From contig CAZUGO010000030.1 in NCBI GenBank assembly GCA_964619935.1, positions 80,990-144,989 on the forward strand: a stretch of DNA of 64,000 nucleotides, given 5' to 3'. The DNA comes from an uncultured Planctomycetales bacterium. GTDB taxonomy: Bacteria > Planctomycetota > Phycisphaerae > UBA1845 > CAIVHJ01. Made by a program: the position numbers and the translations under genes. Positions within the stretch are counted from its first letter, which is position 1. Each line of letters begins with the position of its first letter. Under the pieces are notes generated by a model. That model saw only the letters and a program-made list of their open reading frames with translations. It searched no databases and was not told the origin of the DNA. Positions 1 to 11,023 of the stretch are shown piece after piece.

Positions 1-181
1 CGCGACGCAGCGGACGAACGTCAACGGGTCGCCGCGGGCGAAACACCTCGGGTGCACGTGCAGCGGATTGGCGACTGATCGGTTCACCGGGACCATGCGG
101 CCGGCCGGGGTCCATCCGCTTGCCCACGGGCGCGGCCTTGGCTGCCGTGCGAACCCGAATCCAGGCGAGCGAGAAACGATC

Positions 182-3100
182 ATGGCGGTCACATTCATTC
201 TGGGGCGGGCCGGCTCGGGCAAGACCCGCTACTGCGTCGACGCGCTGGGCCGCGCGCTGGCCCAAGACCCGCGCCACGGGCCTCGTCTGATCCTGCTGGT
301 GCCCGAACAAGCCAGCCTGCAGACCGAGCGAACTCTGCTGAGCCGGCCCGAGCTGCATGGATTGCAGCGCGGCGAGGTGCTCAGCTTTCGGCGGTTCGCC
401 CAGCGGCTCCTGCAAACCCAACCTGTCCAGTCCGGACGTCTCCTGACCCGTGTCGGCCGAGCCATGCTGTTGCAACAGATCGCCGCCGCGCACCGCGACC
501 AACTGCAGTACTTCAAGACCGAACGGTTTCTGCCAGGCCTCTACCAGCAACTTTCCGACCAGATCGAGGAATTCGTCTGCAGCGGTGTCCGCCCCGACGC
601 ACTGCAACTTGATCCGGCACCCGCCGAGCACCAGGCCCTGGCGCTGAAACTCGCCGACCTGCAACTGTTGTACCGCCACTACCTCGAACGCCTGGACCAG
701 GGCTTCGTGGACCCGGTGCGTGCCCTGGACCAAGCCCGGGCCTGCCTGCCGCAGGTTTGCTGGTTGGACGGCGCTCGCGTGTGGGTCGACGGCTTCGCCA
801 GCTTCACGGGCCAGGAGGCCCGCTTTCTCACCGACCTGGCTCTGCGGGTGGCCGATGTCGAGATCACCCTGCTGCTCGATGCCACCGCCACCGCCGCACC
901 CGATCCGCACGGTTTGTTCAGCACCATCGAGCGCACCTATCAACGACTGCAGCAGCGCTTTCGTTCCGCCGGTATTCCGCTCACGCCGCCCGTGACCCTG
1001 ACCCGGGCGGTCGCCGCTTCCGACGGCCGGCCACCGGATCTCGATCACCTCGAAGCCCATTTGTTCGAGCGCCCCGCACCATCAGGACCGCCGGGCACCC
1101 ACATTACCCTGCATCAGGCCGTCGACCCGCGGGCCGAACTGCGCACCGTGGCCGCCCACATCATCCACCTGACCCGGCGCAGCGATCAGCCGTTGCGCTA
1201 TCGGGACATCGCCGTGATCACCCGCCAGGTCGACGACCTGCACGACCTCATCGCCGCGACCCTGCGCGAACATGACATTCCTTACTTTGTGGACCGCAAA
1301 CCGCCGCTCCGCGAGCATGCCATCGGCAACCTGCTGAGCACCTTGCTGGACGCGGCCGCCGAGCAGTTCTCGCTCGATACGGTCCGGCGGCTGCTGAAGT
1401 CCGACCTGCTGGGGATGGCAACCCGGCATACCGACCGCCTGGAGAACTACATCCTGGCCCACGGCATCAGCGGACTGCAGCGCTGGATCCAGGGGCCCTG
1501 GCAGCACGATCCGTTCTTCGGTTCACCGCTCGATGAGCCGCCCGACCCCGCGGCCCTGCTGACTCGAATCAATGAGCACCGGCTGGTGCTGCTGCAACGG
1601 CTGGACCCTTGGATTGCGGAGCCGCATCTGAAACCGGACCACCTGGCGCCCGGCCTGGACTGGGCCCGCCGGCTCTACCAGACTCTGGAGCGCCTCGATG
1701 TCTGGGGCCAACTCGACACTTGGGCCGAGCAGGCAGCGCAGGCCGGCCGGACCGCCGAAGCCGAACACCATCGCCAGGCCTGGCTCAGCGTGGTGCAGTT
1801 GTTCGACGATTTCGAAGCGTCCCTCGGCGACTCGACGATGACCCTCACCGACTTTCGCGCCGCCTTCGAGGCCGGCCTGGCTCAACTGGACACCGGGCTG
1901 GTCCCACCGGCGATTGACCAGCTGCTGGTGGCGTCGATCGAGCGCAGCCGCCATCCGGACATTCGGGTGGCCTTCGTCATCGGGATGAACGACGGCTGGT
2001 TTCCACGGGCCCGCCGCGAGCCGCAGTTGCTCAACGACGAAGATCGGGAAGTGCTGGAAGGCCTCGACCTGGAACTCCAACCGCCGCGGCGCGCCCATCT
2101 CGCCCAGGAGCAATTGCTGTGCTACATCGCCTGCACCCGCCCGCGCGATCACCTGGTCATCAGCTATTGTCGCAGCGGGCTGGACGGTGCCCCCCTGGAA
2201 CCGTCACCCTACATCGCCGACCTGCAAGCGCTGTTCCCCACTCTGACGGTCGAGGTCCACGACAACAGCCCCGCGGCCCGAATAGCCGAAGTCCACACCG
2301 CCCAGCAACTGGCCCGCCTGTTGGCAATGACCCTGCGGACCGCGGCGGATCGGTCCATCTGGAACACGCTGTACGACCGCGCCCGCCGTGAACCCGCCCT
2401 GAGCGACACTTTGCAGCGGGCCCTGCGCAGCCTCAGCGACCGCAACCACGCCACCCTGCCGCCAGGCACCCTGATGCCGGCTGACGGGCAACCGCTGTGC
2501 ACCAGTGTGACCGCGCTGGAAACCCACGCCCATTGCCCGTTCAAGTACTTTGCGGAGCGGCAACTGCGACTCCAAGACCGGCCAACCGCCGAGCCCGACG
2601 CCCTCTTGAGGGGCAGCCTGGCCCACGCCGTGCTCGACGATCTGACGCGAACCCTGATCGCCGCCGGGCAACGCATTGGCGACCTCACCGACCCGGCGAT
2701 CGATGCCGCGATCGAGCGCAGCATGGGCCGGCTACAGCAACGCGCGGGTTTGCGGCCGCTGATCCAAAGCTACCTGTGGCAGCGCCTCGGCAGCGAGCTG
2801 CAAACGGCATTGCGTGCACAGCGCACCTTCCAGGCGGCCGGCCGGGCCCGGACTCTCGCCAGCGAACTGGCATTCGGGCTCGCCGCGGGCACACCCGATG
2901 ACACCGCACCGGCGATCGACTGGATCACGCCCAAGACCCGCCGGGTCCGCCTCCGCGGCCGAATCGATCGCGTCGATCGCATCGACATGGACACCGGACC
3001 GGGCGTCCTGGTCTACGACTACAAACTCACCACCGCCAAGGCGCTGCCGCTCGGCGAGGTCTACCACGGACTGCTGCTGCAATTGCCGGTCTACCTGGAG

Positions 3101-3598
3101 GTCGCCGCGGCGCTTCAGGTCACGGCCGGCAGGCCCACACCGGCGGGTGCGTTCTTTTTCCCACTGGTCCCCGACTACGAGCGGATCGACCACCCCCGGA
3201 AAATTCCCGCCGCCAGCACCAAGCCGTTTCGGCCCCGCGGGATCTTCGCCACGGAGGCCCTGCCGGCGCTCGACGCCGATCTGACGGAAGGCTACTCGAC
3301 CGTCGTCTCGGCATTCATGACCAAGCGCGGTGAGGTCAGCCGACCCAAGAGCGATGCCGTGCCGCAGCACGATTTGCAACGGCTGTTGTCCTTTGTCAAA
3401 CGCAGCGTGCTGGCCATCTGCGACCGCATCGCTGACGGCACCATTGAGGTCCGGCCCTATCGCCTGGGCAACGACATGCCGTGTTCGTTTTGCCGGCACC
3501 GCCCGGTGTGCCGCTTTGAGTTTCCAGAAACCCCGATTCGACAATTGCCGCGAGTCTCTGATCATGACTTCTGGGCCCAGCTCGACAACAACGCCTGA
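182..3598 (+). CDS. addB: AddB/RexB-type helicase-nuclease subunit B (RecB-family nuclease with Fe-S cluster)
   Basis: ORF 68..3598 starts at TTG; trimmed to the first ATG at 182, which puts the Walker A GRAGSGKT at the N-terminus. RecB-type nuclease motif GRIDRVD...VYDYK. Cys ligands HAHCPF plus C-terminal CSFCRHRPVC, as in AddB Fe-S domains. Overlaps addA by 35 nt. Confidence 0.85.
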   Translation: MAVTFILGRAGSGKTRYCVDALGRALAQDPRHGPRLILLVPEQASLQTERTLLSRPELHGLQRGEVLSFRRFAQRLLQTQPVQSGRLLTRVGRAMLLQQIAAAHRDQLQYFKTERFLPGLYQQLSDQIEEFVCSGVRPDALQLDPAPAEHQALALKLADLQLLYRHYLERLDQGFVDPVRALDQARACLPQVCWLDGARVWVDGFASFTGQEARFLTDLALRVADVEITLLLDATATAAPDPHGLFSTIERTYQRLQQRFRSAGIPLTPPVTLTRAVAASDGRPPDLDHLEAHLFERPAPSGPPGTHITLHQAVDPRAELRTVAAHIIHLTRRSDQPLRYRDIAVITRQVDDLHDLIAATLREHDIPYFVDRKPPLREHAIGNLLSTLLDAAAEQFSLDTVRRLLKSDLLGMATRHTDRLENYILAHGISGLQRWIQGPWQHDPFFGSPLDEPPDPAALLTRINEHRLVLLQRLDPWIAEPHLKPDHLAPGLDWARRLYQTLERLDVWGQLDTWAEQAAQAGRTAEAEHHRQAWLSVVQLFDDFEASLGDSTMTLTDFRAAFEAGLAQLDTGLVPPAIDQLLVASIERSRHPDIRVAFVIGMNDGWFPRARREPQLLNDEDREVLEGLDLELQPPRRAHLAQEQLLCYIACTRPRDHLVISYCRSGLDGAPLEPSPYIADLQALFPTLTVEVHDNSPAARIAEVHTAQQLARLLAMTLRTAADRSIWNTLYDRARREPALSDTLQRALRSLSDRNHATLPPGTLMPADGQPLCTSVTALETHAHCPFKYFAERQLRLQDRPTAEPDALLRGSLAHAVLDDLTRTLIAAGQRIGDLTDPAIDAAIERSMGRLQQRAGLRPLIQSYLWQRLGSELQTALRAQRTFQAAGRARTLASELAFGLAAGTPDDTAPAIDWITPKTRRVRLRGRIDRVDRIDMDTGPGVLVYDYKLTTAKALPLGEVYHGLLLQLPVYLEVAAALQVTAGRPTPAGAFFFPLVPDYERIDHPRKIPAASTKPFRPRGIFATEALPALDADLTEGYSTVVSAFMTKRGEVSRPKSDAVPQHDLQRLLSFVKRSVLAICDRIADGTIEVRPYRLGNDMPCSFCRHRPVCRFEFPETPIRQLPRVSDHDFWAQLDNNA

Positions 3599-6500
3599 GC
3601 CGCCGCTGACGCCACGGCAGCAGGAGGCCGCGACCACCACCGGCCGCGACGTCATCGTGACCGCGTCGGCCGGATCCGGCAAGACGTCGGTGTTGGCCCA
3701 GCGCTGTTGTTACCTGGTGTGTGACGCCCCGGCGGAGGTTCGCTGTGAACTCGATCAGTTGCTGGTGGTCACGTTCGGGGAAGCCGCCGCGGCCGAAATG
3801 CGCGCCCGCATCCGCAGAGCCTTGCAGCAGCACCCGCAGCCATCGACCCGGGTCAGCCGCCAGTTGCTGCTGGTCGACCAGGCCCACATCTCCACGCTGC
3901 ACGCCTTCTGTCGGCGGCTGTTGCGGCAGCACTTCATGCACCTGAACCTGGACCCCAACGCCTCGGTGCTGGTCGACGGCGAAGCCCAGATCCTGCTGGC
4001 CAAGTCAATCGAAGCCGTATTCGATCAGTGGCATCGCCGCCCCGACGCCCGGCGGGACGCCTTCCACGCCCTGTTGCGCGATTACGGCAACGGCCGTGAG
4101 TTCCACATCGCTGACCTGCTCACCCGCATGCATCACTTTGTGCGCTCGCTGCACGACCCCGACGCCTGGCTGTCCGGCGCCGCCCGCAAGCTGGGCGCCA
4201 CCGCAGGCGACATTGCCGCGGAAGAGTGCGTCGCCCTGCAACGGGCGCTACAGCGGCAACTCGACCTGGCCGAAGTCACCCTGGACTACGTCCGGCGGAG
4301 GGCACCCCAATGGCCACAGCCGATCGCAGCCATGAATCACCACATCGATCACCTGCGGCGCTGCCGCCAGCAACTCGATGCCGGCCCGGCGGCCTATGAT
4401 GCCTGCCGGGAAGCCATCGCCGGTTACAGATTCAAATCGCTCCGAGCGGCAAAGACCCGCGCATCCGGGCCACAAGACCAGGTCAGGCGGGTCATCGAGC
4501 AGGTCCGCAAGAACCACAAGGCGGATCTGGAAGCGCGCTTCGCCATCTGGACGCTTGCCGAACGGCACGACAGCCAGCAGCGGATCGCCCCCTACGTCGA
4601 GACCGTCGTCGAACTGCTGGCGGCGGTGCAGCAGCGCTACGCCGCGGCCAAGGCCCGCCGCCACACCATGGACTTCAACGACATGGAGCAACTGGCGTAT
4701 CGCCTGCTGACCGACCCCGACAACGGGGTCGCCGCGGTGGTGCGGCGGCGGTTTGCCCAGGTGCTGGTCGACGAGTTCCAAGACATCAACCCCCTCCAGG
4801 ACGCCATTCTGCGGCAGGTCACCCGGCCGGCCGACGACCCGGCGGGCGGCAACTTCTTCTGCGTCGGTGACGTCAAACAAAGCATCTATAGCTTTCGGAT
4901 GGCCGATCATCACATCTTCCGGGAACGCCTGGAAGGCGCCCGACGCGATGGTCCGGTCCATCCGGTGATCCTCACCGAGAACTTCCGCAGCAGCCCGCGG
5001 ATCATCGCCGCGGTGAATGCCGTGTGTGGCCGGCTGATGACCGCCGCCACCGCCGGCGTGGCTTATGATGCCGATGCCGCCCTCACACTCGGCGCTGCCT
5101 GGAACGATCCGTCGCCAGCGGTGGAGGTCCATTTCATCGAGAAGCAGGCCGCAACCCCGGAAGGTGATCAAGACGACGAAGACCCCCTGGAAATCCGCCA
5201 CCAAGTGGACATTGAGCGCCAGGCCCGCCTCATCGGACAGCGCATCCAGTGCCTGGTCCACGATGACGGACTGCGCTACGGGGACATCGCCATCCTGCTG
5301 CGGGCCGCGACCATCCGGGCCGAACGGATGGCGCGGGTGCTGCTGGACCTGGACATTCCCATCCGAGCCGACGCCAACAGCGGCTTCTTCGCCGCCGTGG
5401 AGGTTGCCGATGTGATGGCCCTCCTGCGGGTGCTGGACAACCGCCAGCAGGATATCCCGCTGGCGTCGGTGATGCGTTCGGGGGTCACCGGCATCCCGTT
5501 CAGCGAAGCCGATCTCCTGACCATCCGCCAATCACAGGAGCATCTGCCGTTCCATCATTGTGTGCTGCAATACGCCAAGGTCGCCGGGCAGGCCCCGCTG
5601 GGTCGCCGGGTCGAACGCCTGCTCGACCGGCTCGATCACTGGCGCCGGCGATCGCGGCAATTACCGCTTGGGGCGCTGTTGCACGAGCTGCTGCTGGACA
5701 CCGGGTACACCGCCTACGTTGCCGGCCGCCCGGGCGGCCGGCAACGGCTGGCCAACCTCGAATTGCTGCAACAGCGTGCCGCCGAGTTCAGCCGCGGCGG
5801 TGGACCGGGCGGACTGCATGAATATTCGGAATACGTCCAGGCCTTGCAGCGCCATGGCCGCGACCAGGGCCAGGGCAGCCCGTCGACCGCGCCCGATGAC
5901 GTGGTCCGGCTGACCACCATTCACACCAGCAAGGGATTGCAATTCCCCGTGGTTTTTCTGGCGAACCTCGAGAAGCACTTCAACTTCAGCGACAGCAGCA
6001 GTCGACTGGTGCTGCATCGCGACGGGATCATCGGCATGCCCGTGGCGGTTCCGGAACAGCGGGTCCGCTACCCATCCCTGAGCAGCGATCAAGCCAAGCA
6101 GCGGCTGCAAGCGCAAACCCGTTCGGAGGAACTGCGGTTGCTGTACGTGGCGCTGACGCGGGCCCGCCACCGGCTGGTGCTGGTCGGTTCGACCGCGATT
6201 GACGAGCTGCTCGAACAGCGGACCCTCTGGGACGGCCACCCTGGCGCGATTCCCGAAGCGTTCGTGCAGCGGGCGCGCAGTTCCCTGGACTGGCTGACGC
6301 AGGCCCTGTGCTGTCTGCCCGATGATGAGGCCTGCTGGTCGGTAGACCCGGCCGGTCCGGGCGACCCACTCTTCGATATTGTGCTGCATCGCGATCTGCC
6401 GGTTGGGCCCGATGCCCGGCAATCCGATGCCGCCCTGGCCGCCCGCCGAGCCGCCTGTGCCGCGCTCCATCCGTTGCCGGACGGCGAACCGCTGGCCGAC

Positions 6501-7229
6501 CCCGCCGCCACCGTGGACCCGCTCTTTGCCGGGCTGGAGTCGCAATACGGCCATGCCGCCATGTGCACCGTGCCGTCGGTGCTCGCCGTATCACAGTTCG
6601 CGGCGGATCAAGAACGACCGGCATTCCAGCAGCGCCGCGGGCCGCGCGGGCAGCAGCGCACCCCGCCGGCCCGACCGCAGTTCATGGACCTGGCCGAAGC
6701 ACCGTCGGCTGCCGAATCGGGATCGGCCACCCACGTGTTCCTGCAGCACCTCGATTATTCACAGCCCGACACCCTCGACACCCAGTTGCAACAGCAGGTC
6801 GCCCGCGGCACGATCAGTGGCGAACACGCCAAGGCCATCAAGCTGGAGCGCATCGCCTGGTTCCTGCAAACCGCCCTGGGCCAACGGGCGGTCGCGGTGG
6901 CCACCGCGCTACAGCGCGAAGTGACGTTCACCGCCCGGGCCCACCCCCGTGACTACAATCCGCAAGCCGAATCCAGCGACCCTGCGGATCTGATTGTGGT
7001 TCGCGGCATGGTGGACCTGCTGATCCCGACGGACGGTGGTTTCGAAATTGTTGATTTCAAGACCGACCGCCTGCGGCCCGCCGACCTGCGGGACCGCCTG
7101 AGCGTTTACCGTGACCAGATCACCCGTTATGCTAGGGCCTTGGCGGGCATCTGGCGATGCCGTATCGCCCCCGCTGCGGTGGTGTTCCTGGAGCAGCAGC
7201 ACATCGAGAACGTCGATGTGGGCCAGTAA
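3564..7229 (+). CDS. addA: AddA-type ATP-dependent helicase/nuclease subunit A (UvrD/Rep family)
   Basis: ORF 3330..7229 trimmed to ATG 3564 (MTSGPS...). Helicase motifs ASAGSGKT, VLVDEFQDINPLQ, TIHTSKGLQFPVVFL and LLYVALTRARHRLVLVG. C-terminal nuclease motif GMVDLLIP...EIVDFKTD. Confidence 0.9.
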   Translation: MTSGPSSTTTPEPPLTPRQQEAATTTGRDVIVTASAGSGKTSVLAQRCCYLVCDAPAEVRCELDQLLVVTFGEAAAAEMRARIRRALQQHPQPSTRVSRQLLLVDQAHISTLHAFCRRLLRQHFMHLNLDPNASVLVDGEAQILLAKSIEAVFDQWHRRPDARRDAFHALLRDYGNGREFHIADLLTRMHHFVRSLHDPDAWLSGAARKLGATAGDIAAEECVALQRALQRQLDLAEVTLDYVRRRAPQWPQPIAAMNHHIDHLRRCRQQLDAGPAAYDACREAIAGYRFKSLRAAKTRASGPQDQVRRVIEQVRKNHKADLEARFAIWTLAERHDSQQRIAPYVETVVELLAAVQQRYAAAKARRHTMDFNDMEQLAYRLLTDPDNGVAAVVRRRFAQVLVDEFQDINPLQDAILRQVTRPADDPAGGNFFCVGDVKQSIYSFRMADHHIFRERLEGARRDGPVHPVILTENFRSSPRIIAAVNAVCGRLMTAATAGVAYDADAALTLGAAWNDPSPAVEVHFIEKQAATPEGDQDDEDPLEIRHQVDIERQARLIGQRIQCLVHDDGLRYGDIAILLRAATIRAERMARVLLDLDIPIRADANSGFFAAVEVADVMALLRVLDNRQQDIPLASVMRSGVTGIPFSEADLLTIRQSQEHLPFHHCVLQYAKVAGQAPLGRRVERLLDRLDHWRRRSRQLPLGALLHELLLDTGYTAYVAGRPGGRQRLANLELLQQRAAEFSRGGGPGGLHEYSEYVQALQRHGRDQGQGSPSTAPDDVVRLTTIHTSKGLQFPVVFLANLEKHFNFSDSSSRLVLHRDGIIGMPVAVPEQRVRYPSLSSDQAKQRLQAQTRSEELRLLYVALTRARHRLVLVGSTAIDELLEQRTLWDGHPGAIPEAFVQRARSSLDWLTQALCCLPDDEACWSVDPAGPGDPLFDIVLHRDLPVGPDARQSDAALAARRAACAALHPLPDGEPLADPAATVDPLFAGLESQYGHAAMCTVPSVLAVSQFAADQERPAFQQRRGPRGQQRTPPARPQFMDLAEAPSAAESGSATHVFLQHLDYSQPDTLDTQLQQQVARGTISGEHAKAIKLERIAWFLQTALGQRAVAVATALQREVTFTARAHPRDYNPQAESSDPADLIVVRGMVDLLIPTDGGFEIVDFKTDRLRPADLRDRLSVYRDQITRYARALAGIWRCRIAPAAVVFLEQQHIENVDVGQ

Positions 7230-7405
7230 CAGCCGCCCGGTCAGCGCCGCCTACCGGAAGCGGACGAATACCAAACTCGGTTGCAGTCGGAGTGGGCCTG
7301 TGGTGCGTTGGTGAACCCCGTGCGTGGTGGCGATGTTCTGCGCCGGCCGACGGCCGCGGCGCTGACTCGGGGGCTCCGCTGGGGCGGCGCCGACAGGGGG
7401 TGTTC

Positions 7406-10375
7406 ATGAACACGCTTGAGCGGCGCGTCTTCGAATTGGGCAGCGACTTGCTGGAGCGGGCCCGGGCCGCCGAACCGCGGTTTTACCAGCTGGAATGGTG
7501 GGAACAGCAGGTCATGAACTGGGTGGTTCGCGACCCGCGGCTCAAGACCCAACTGTTCCGGTTCGTCGAGGTCCTGCCGGCATTGCCCACCGACGAGGAC
7601 ATCGCCGCCCATCTGAAGCTGTACCTGAACTCCAACGGCCTGGTCTTGCCCGGCCTCCTGAAGTTGGCCTTGAGCTACGACCGCCCCGATTCGCTGCTGG
7701 CCCGCCTGGCCGCCTGGGGCACCCGGATCAATGTCCGCAACATGGCCGGAAAATTCGTTGCCGGGGCCAACGCTGCGGAGGCCGTTGCGGCCATCATCCG
7801 CATGCGCCGCATCGGCCGGGCGTTCACCATCGACCTCCTGGGCGAGGCCATCACCAGCGAGCGGCAGGCCGAACAGGTCACCGCCACCTACATCGAGATC
7901 ATCCACGATCTGGCGGTCGCCGCGCGGACCTGGCCACGGCTCCATCCGATCGATTTTGACAGTCGCGGGCCCTACCCCATCGTCAACGTCTCAGTCAAGC
8001 TGACCGCCCTGTACTCGCAATTCGACCCGGTGGCTCGCCAACGCACCATCGCCGTGGTCGGTGATCGGCTGGCCGCCATCCTGCGGGCCGCCCGCCGGTC
8101 CGGCGCCTTCGTGAACATTGACCTGGAGCAGTATCGCTACAAGGAACTGACCTTCGCCATCGTGGAGGCGGTGTTGCAGCGCCCGGAGTTCCGCGACTTC
8201 GGCCACGTCGGCGTGGTGGTCCAGGCCTACCTGCGTGACGCCCTCGACGATCTGCAGCGACTGCTGGGCTTCAGCGCCCGGAGACAGGCACCGCTGGCCA
8301 TCCGCCTGGTCAAAGGGGCCTACTGGGACTACGAATCGTCGCTGGCCGGGCATCGCAGCCCACCGGTGTACTTGCACAAGTGGGAGTCCGACGCCAGCTT
8401 CGAGCGCTGCACCGAGGTCTTGTTTCAACACACCGACCATATCCGTCCGGCCTTCGGCACCCACAACGTGCGAAGCATCGCCCACGCCGTCGCCCAGGCG
8501 GAAGCCCACGGCGTCGACCTGCACGATTACGAAATCCAGATGCTCTACGGCATGGGCGAACCCTTGAAGGTCGCCGTCAGCCGCATGGGCTACTTCCTGC
8601 GCATTTACACCCCCTACGGTAGCCTGGTACCGGGCATGGCCTACCTGATTCGACGGCTGCTGGAGAACACGGCCAACGAGTCGTTCCTGCGCCAGAGTTT
8701 CGCGGAGCACCAGCCGGCCGAACGACTGCTGATGAGCCCCGCGCGACACCGCCGGCCGCGGTCTCCTTCAGACAACCGTCGGGAAACTCACTCGGAGGTC
8801 ACGGAGATGAACCGATTCGAGAACGAGGCGTACACTGATTTTTCGGGCGCCGAGCAGCTGGAGAAGATGCGCGGAGCCTTGCGCGACTGGCGAACCCGCC
8901 TGGGCCGGCACTACCCGCTGGTCATCGACGGCGAGGCCGTGCGGACCGCAGACTGGATTCAATCGGTCAACCCGGCGGACTCCGCGGAAGTCATCGGACT
9001 GGTGGGCAAGGCCACCGTGAGCCTCGCCGACCAGGCCGTGGCCGCCGCCCGCAAAGCGGCGCCGGCGTGGCGCGACACGCCTCACCGGGAGCGTGCCGAC
9101 GTGCTCCGCAAGGCCGCTGAGATCATGCGCCGCCGCCGCTTCGAGTTGGACGCCCTGGTGGTCCTGGAAGCCGGCAAGACCTGGCTGGAAGCCGATGCCG
9201 ACGTCGCCGAAGCGATCGATTTCTGCCGCTATTACGCCGGCCGGATCGAGGCCATGTGCGATCATCCCCAAGTCCGCACCGCTCCCGGTGAGACCAATGT
9301 CTATCGTTACGCGCCGCGCGGCGTGGTGCTGGTCATCGCCCCCTGGAACTTCCCGCTGGCCATCTTGTGCGGCATGACCAGCGCCGCGCTGGTCACCGGC
9401 AACACCGTGATCATGAAGCCGGCCAGCCTGACGCCGGTGATCGGCGCCCTGCTCATGGAGATCCTGACCGAGGCCGGCGTCCCCAAAGGCGCCCTCAACT
9501 TCCTGCCCGGGCCCGGCGGCGCGGTCGGGGATCACCTGGTGCGACACAAGCAGGTCAACATGGTGGTGTTCACCGGATCGCGCGAAGTCGGCCTAAACAT
9601 GATCCGGGCAGCCGCAGCGTTTCCGGAGGACCAACGGTTCATCAAGAAGGTCGTCGCCGAACTGGGCGGCAAGAATGCCATCATTGTGGACCGTGATGCC
9701 GACCTCGACGCCGCCGTCCAAGGCACGGTGGCCTCGGCCTTCGGCTACACCGGCCAGAAGTGCTCAGCCTGTTCGCGGGCCATCGTCCTGGAGGCGGTCT
9801 ACGACAGCTTCATCGATAAACTGGAACAGGCCACCCGCTCGGTCGTCATCGGCCCGCCCGAAGATCCGGCGGTCCTGGTCGGGCCGGTCATTGACGAGTC
9901 CGCGCGCCGGACCATCCGCCGGTACATCGAGATCGGCAGCGCCGAAGGCCGCCTGCTGGTGTCCCGCGAGGTGCGCGATCTGGAACCGCGGGGCTACTTC
10001 GTCGGACCGACGGTCATCGTTGACGTCGATCGTCACGCCACCATCGCCCAGGAAGAAATCTTCGGACCGGTCCTGGCGGTCATCCGGGCCCGGGATTTCG
10101 ATGACGCGGTCCAGATCGCCAACGACACCTCCTACGCCCTGACCGGCGGGCTGTATTCTCGCAACCCCCAGCACCTCGAGCGCATCAAGCGCGAACTGGA
10201 AGTCGGCAACCTGTATCTCAATCGCAAGATCACCGGGGCGTATGTCGATCGCCAACCGTTCGGCGGGTTCAAGATGAGCGGTATCGGCAGCAAGGCCGGC
10301 GGCCCTGATTACCTGATCCAATTCGTCGAGCCGCGCACCATCACGGAAAACACTTTGCGCACCGGAGTGGCGTAG
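7406..10375 (+). CDS. putA: Bifunctional proline dehydrogenase / 1-pyrroline-5-carboxylate dehydrogenase
   Basis: ORF 7157..10375 trimmed to ATG 7406 (MNTLERR...). PRODH-region motifs TIDLLGEA and RLVKGAYWD. Aldehyde dehydrogenase motifs VAELGGKNA, GQKCSACSRA and EEIFGPV. Confidence 0.9.
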   Translation: MNTLERRVFELGSDLLERARAAEPRFYQLEWWEQQVMNWVVRDPRLKTQLFRFVEVLPALPTDEDIAAHLKLYLNSNGLVLPGLLKLALSYDRPDSLLARLAAWGTRINVRNMAGKFVAGANAAEAVAAIIRMRRIGRAFTIDLLGEAITSERQAEQVTATYIEIIHDLAVAARTWPRLHPIDFDSRGPYPIVNVSVKLTALYSQFDPVARQRTIAVVGDRLAAILRAARRSGAFVNIDLEQYRYKELTFAIVEAVLQRPEFRDFGHVGVVVQAYLRDALDDLQRLLGFSARRQAPLAIRLVKGAYWDYESSLAGHRSPPVYLHKWESDASFERCTEVLFQHTDHIRPAFGTHNVRSIAHAVAQAEAHGVDLHDYEIQMLYGMGEPLKVAVSRMGYFLRIYTPYGSLVPGMAYLIRRLLENTANESFLRQSFAEHQPAERLLMSPARHRRPRSPSDNRRETHSEVTEMNRFENEAYTDFSGAEQLEKMRGALRDWRTRLGRHYPLVIDGEAVRTADWIQSVNPADSAEVIGLVGKATVSLADQAVAAARKAAPAWRDTPHRERADVLRKAAEIMRRRRFELDALVVLEAGKTWLEADADVAEAIDFCRYYAGRIEAMCDHPQVRTAPGETNVYRYAPRGVVLVIAPWNFPLAILCGMTSAALVTGNTVIMKPASLTPVIGALLMEILTEAGVPKGALNFLPGPGGAVGDHLVRHKQVNMVVFTGSREVGLNMIRAAAAFPEDQRFIKKVVAELGGKNAIIVDRDADLDAAVQGTVASAFGYTGQKCSACSRAIVLEAVYDSFIDKLEQATRSVVIGPPEDPAVLVGPVIDESARRTIRRYIEIGSAEGRLLVSREVRDLEPRGYFVGPTVIVDVDRHATIAQEEIFGPVLAVIRARDFDDAVQIANDTSYALTGGLYSRNPQHLERIKRELEVGNLYLNRKITGAYVDRQPFGGFKMSGIGSKAGGPDYLIQFVEPRTITENTLRTGVA

Positions 10376-10467
10376 CGCGTCGCCCGGGGGATGGATCGTC
10401 CGCCGGGAATCCGCGGCGAATGGCGGGCTTCGGGGTCGCCCAGCCCCGGTGACGTGGCGCCGCCGGA

Positions 10468-10965
10468 TCAGCCCTCGCCGCCCTGCTCCTGAAGAATCGC
10501 ATGCTGCAGAAGTTCCATCTCGTGTTGACCGTGGATCTTGAGCTGGTCGAGATAGCGCTCCAGCTCCACACACGTGTTCACGAATGCAGCGGTATCGTCC
10601 GGAAGCATGTCTTCCAAGCGCAACAAGATCCGGTCGAAGCGCTGCTGCAGGCCGTCGCGCCGCCGTTTCAGGGCTTTCAGCTCGCGGACCAGGTGAGGGT
10701 TGGCATCGGTGACCGCGTGCATGTAGCCGCCGCGGTCAGCAAGCATGCGCGTCCGGGTCAAATGACGCTCAAACGACCGTGCCACGAAGCGCAGGGTTGA
10801 CAGCTTCTTGTGGTTGCTGCGGCGGTCTTGCGGATTCCATTGAATGGCGCAGCGCAAGGACTGCTCGATGAACATCAGGATCGAGAGCTCAACCTTGAGC
10901 TGCTCGGCCATGTCATGCAGCTCGGCCGCGACGTCTTTTGTGGGTTTGCTGCGGTTCATCATCAT
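10468..10965 (-). CDS. Hypothetical helical His/Glu-rich protein, possibly a hemerythrin-like (HHE) domain
   Basis: ORF 10468..11265 trimmed to ATG 10965 (MMMNRSK) because the upstream part overlaps the desaturase gene. GAAGGGGA lies just upstream. His/Glu pattern FERHL...HLVRELK...HGQHEMELLQHA. Third gene of the desaturase operon. The domain call is tentative. Confidence 0.5.
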   Translation of the reverse strand: MMMNRSKPTKDVAAELHDMAEQLKVELSILMFIEQSLRCAIQWNPQDRRSNHKKLSTLRFVARSFERHLTRTRMLADRGGYMHAVTDANPHLVRELKALKRRRDGLQQRFDRILLRLEDMLPDDTAAFVNTCVELERYLDQLKIHGQHEMELLQHAILQEQGGEG

Positions 10966-11023
10966 CCCCTTCGGCTTCCCGAGGACCGGGATGGGATCCA
11001 ATCGGTTGACCGGCACGCAGCGG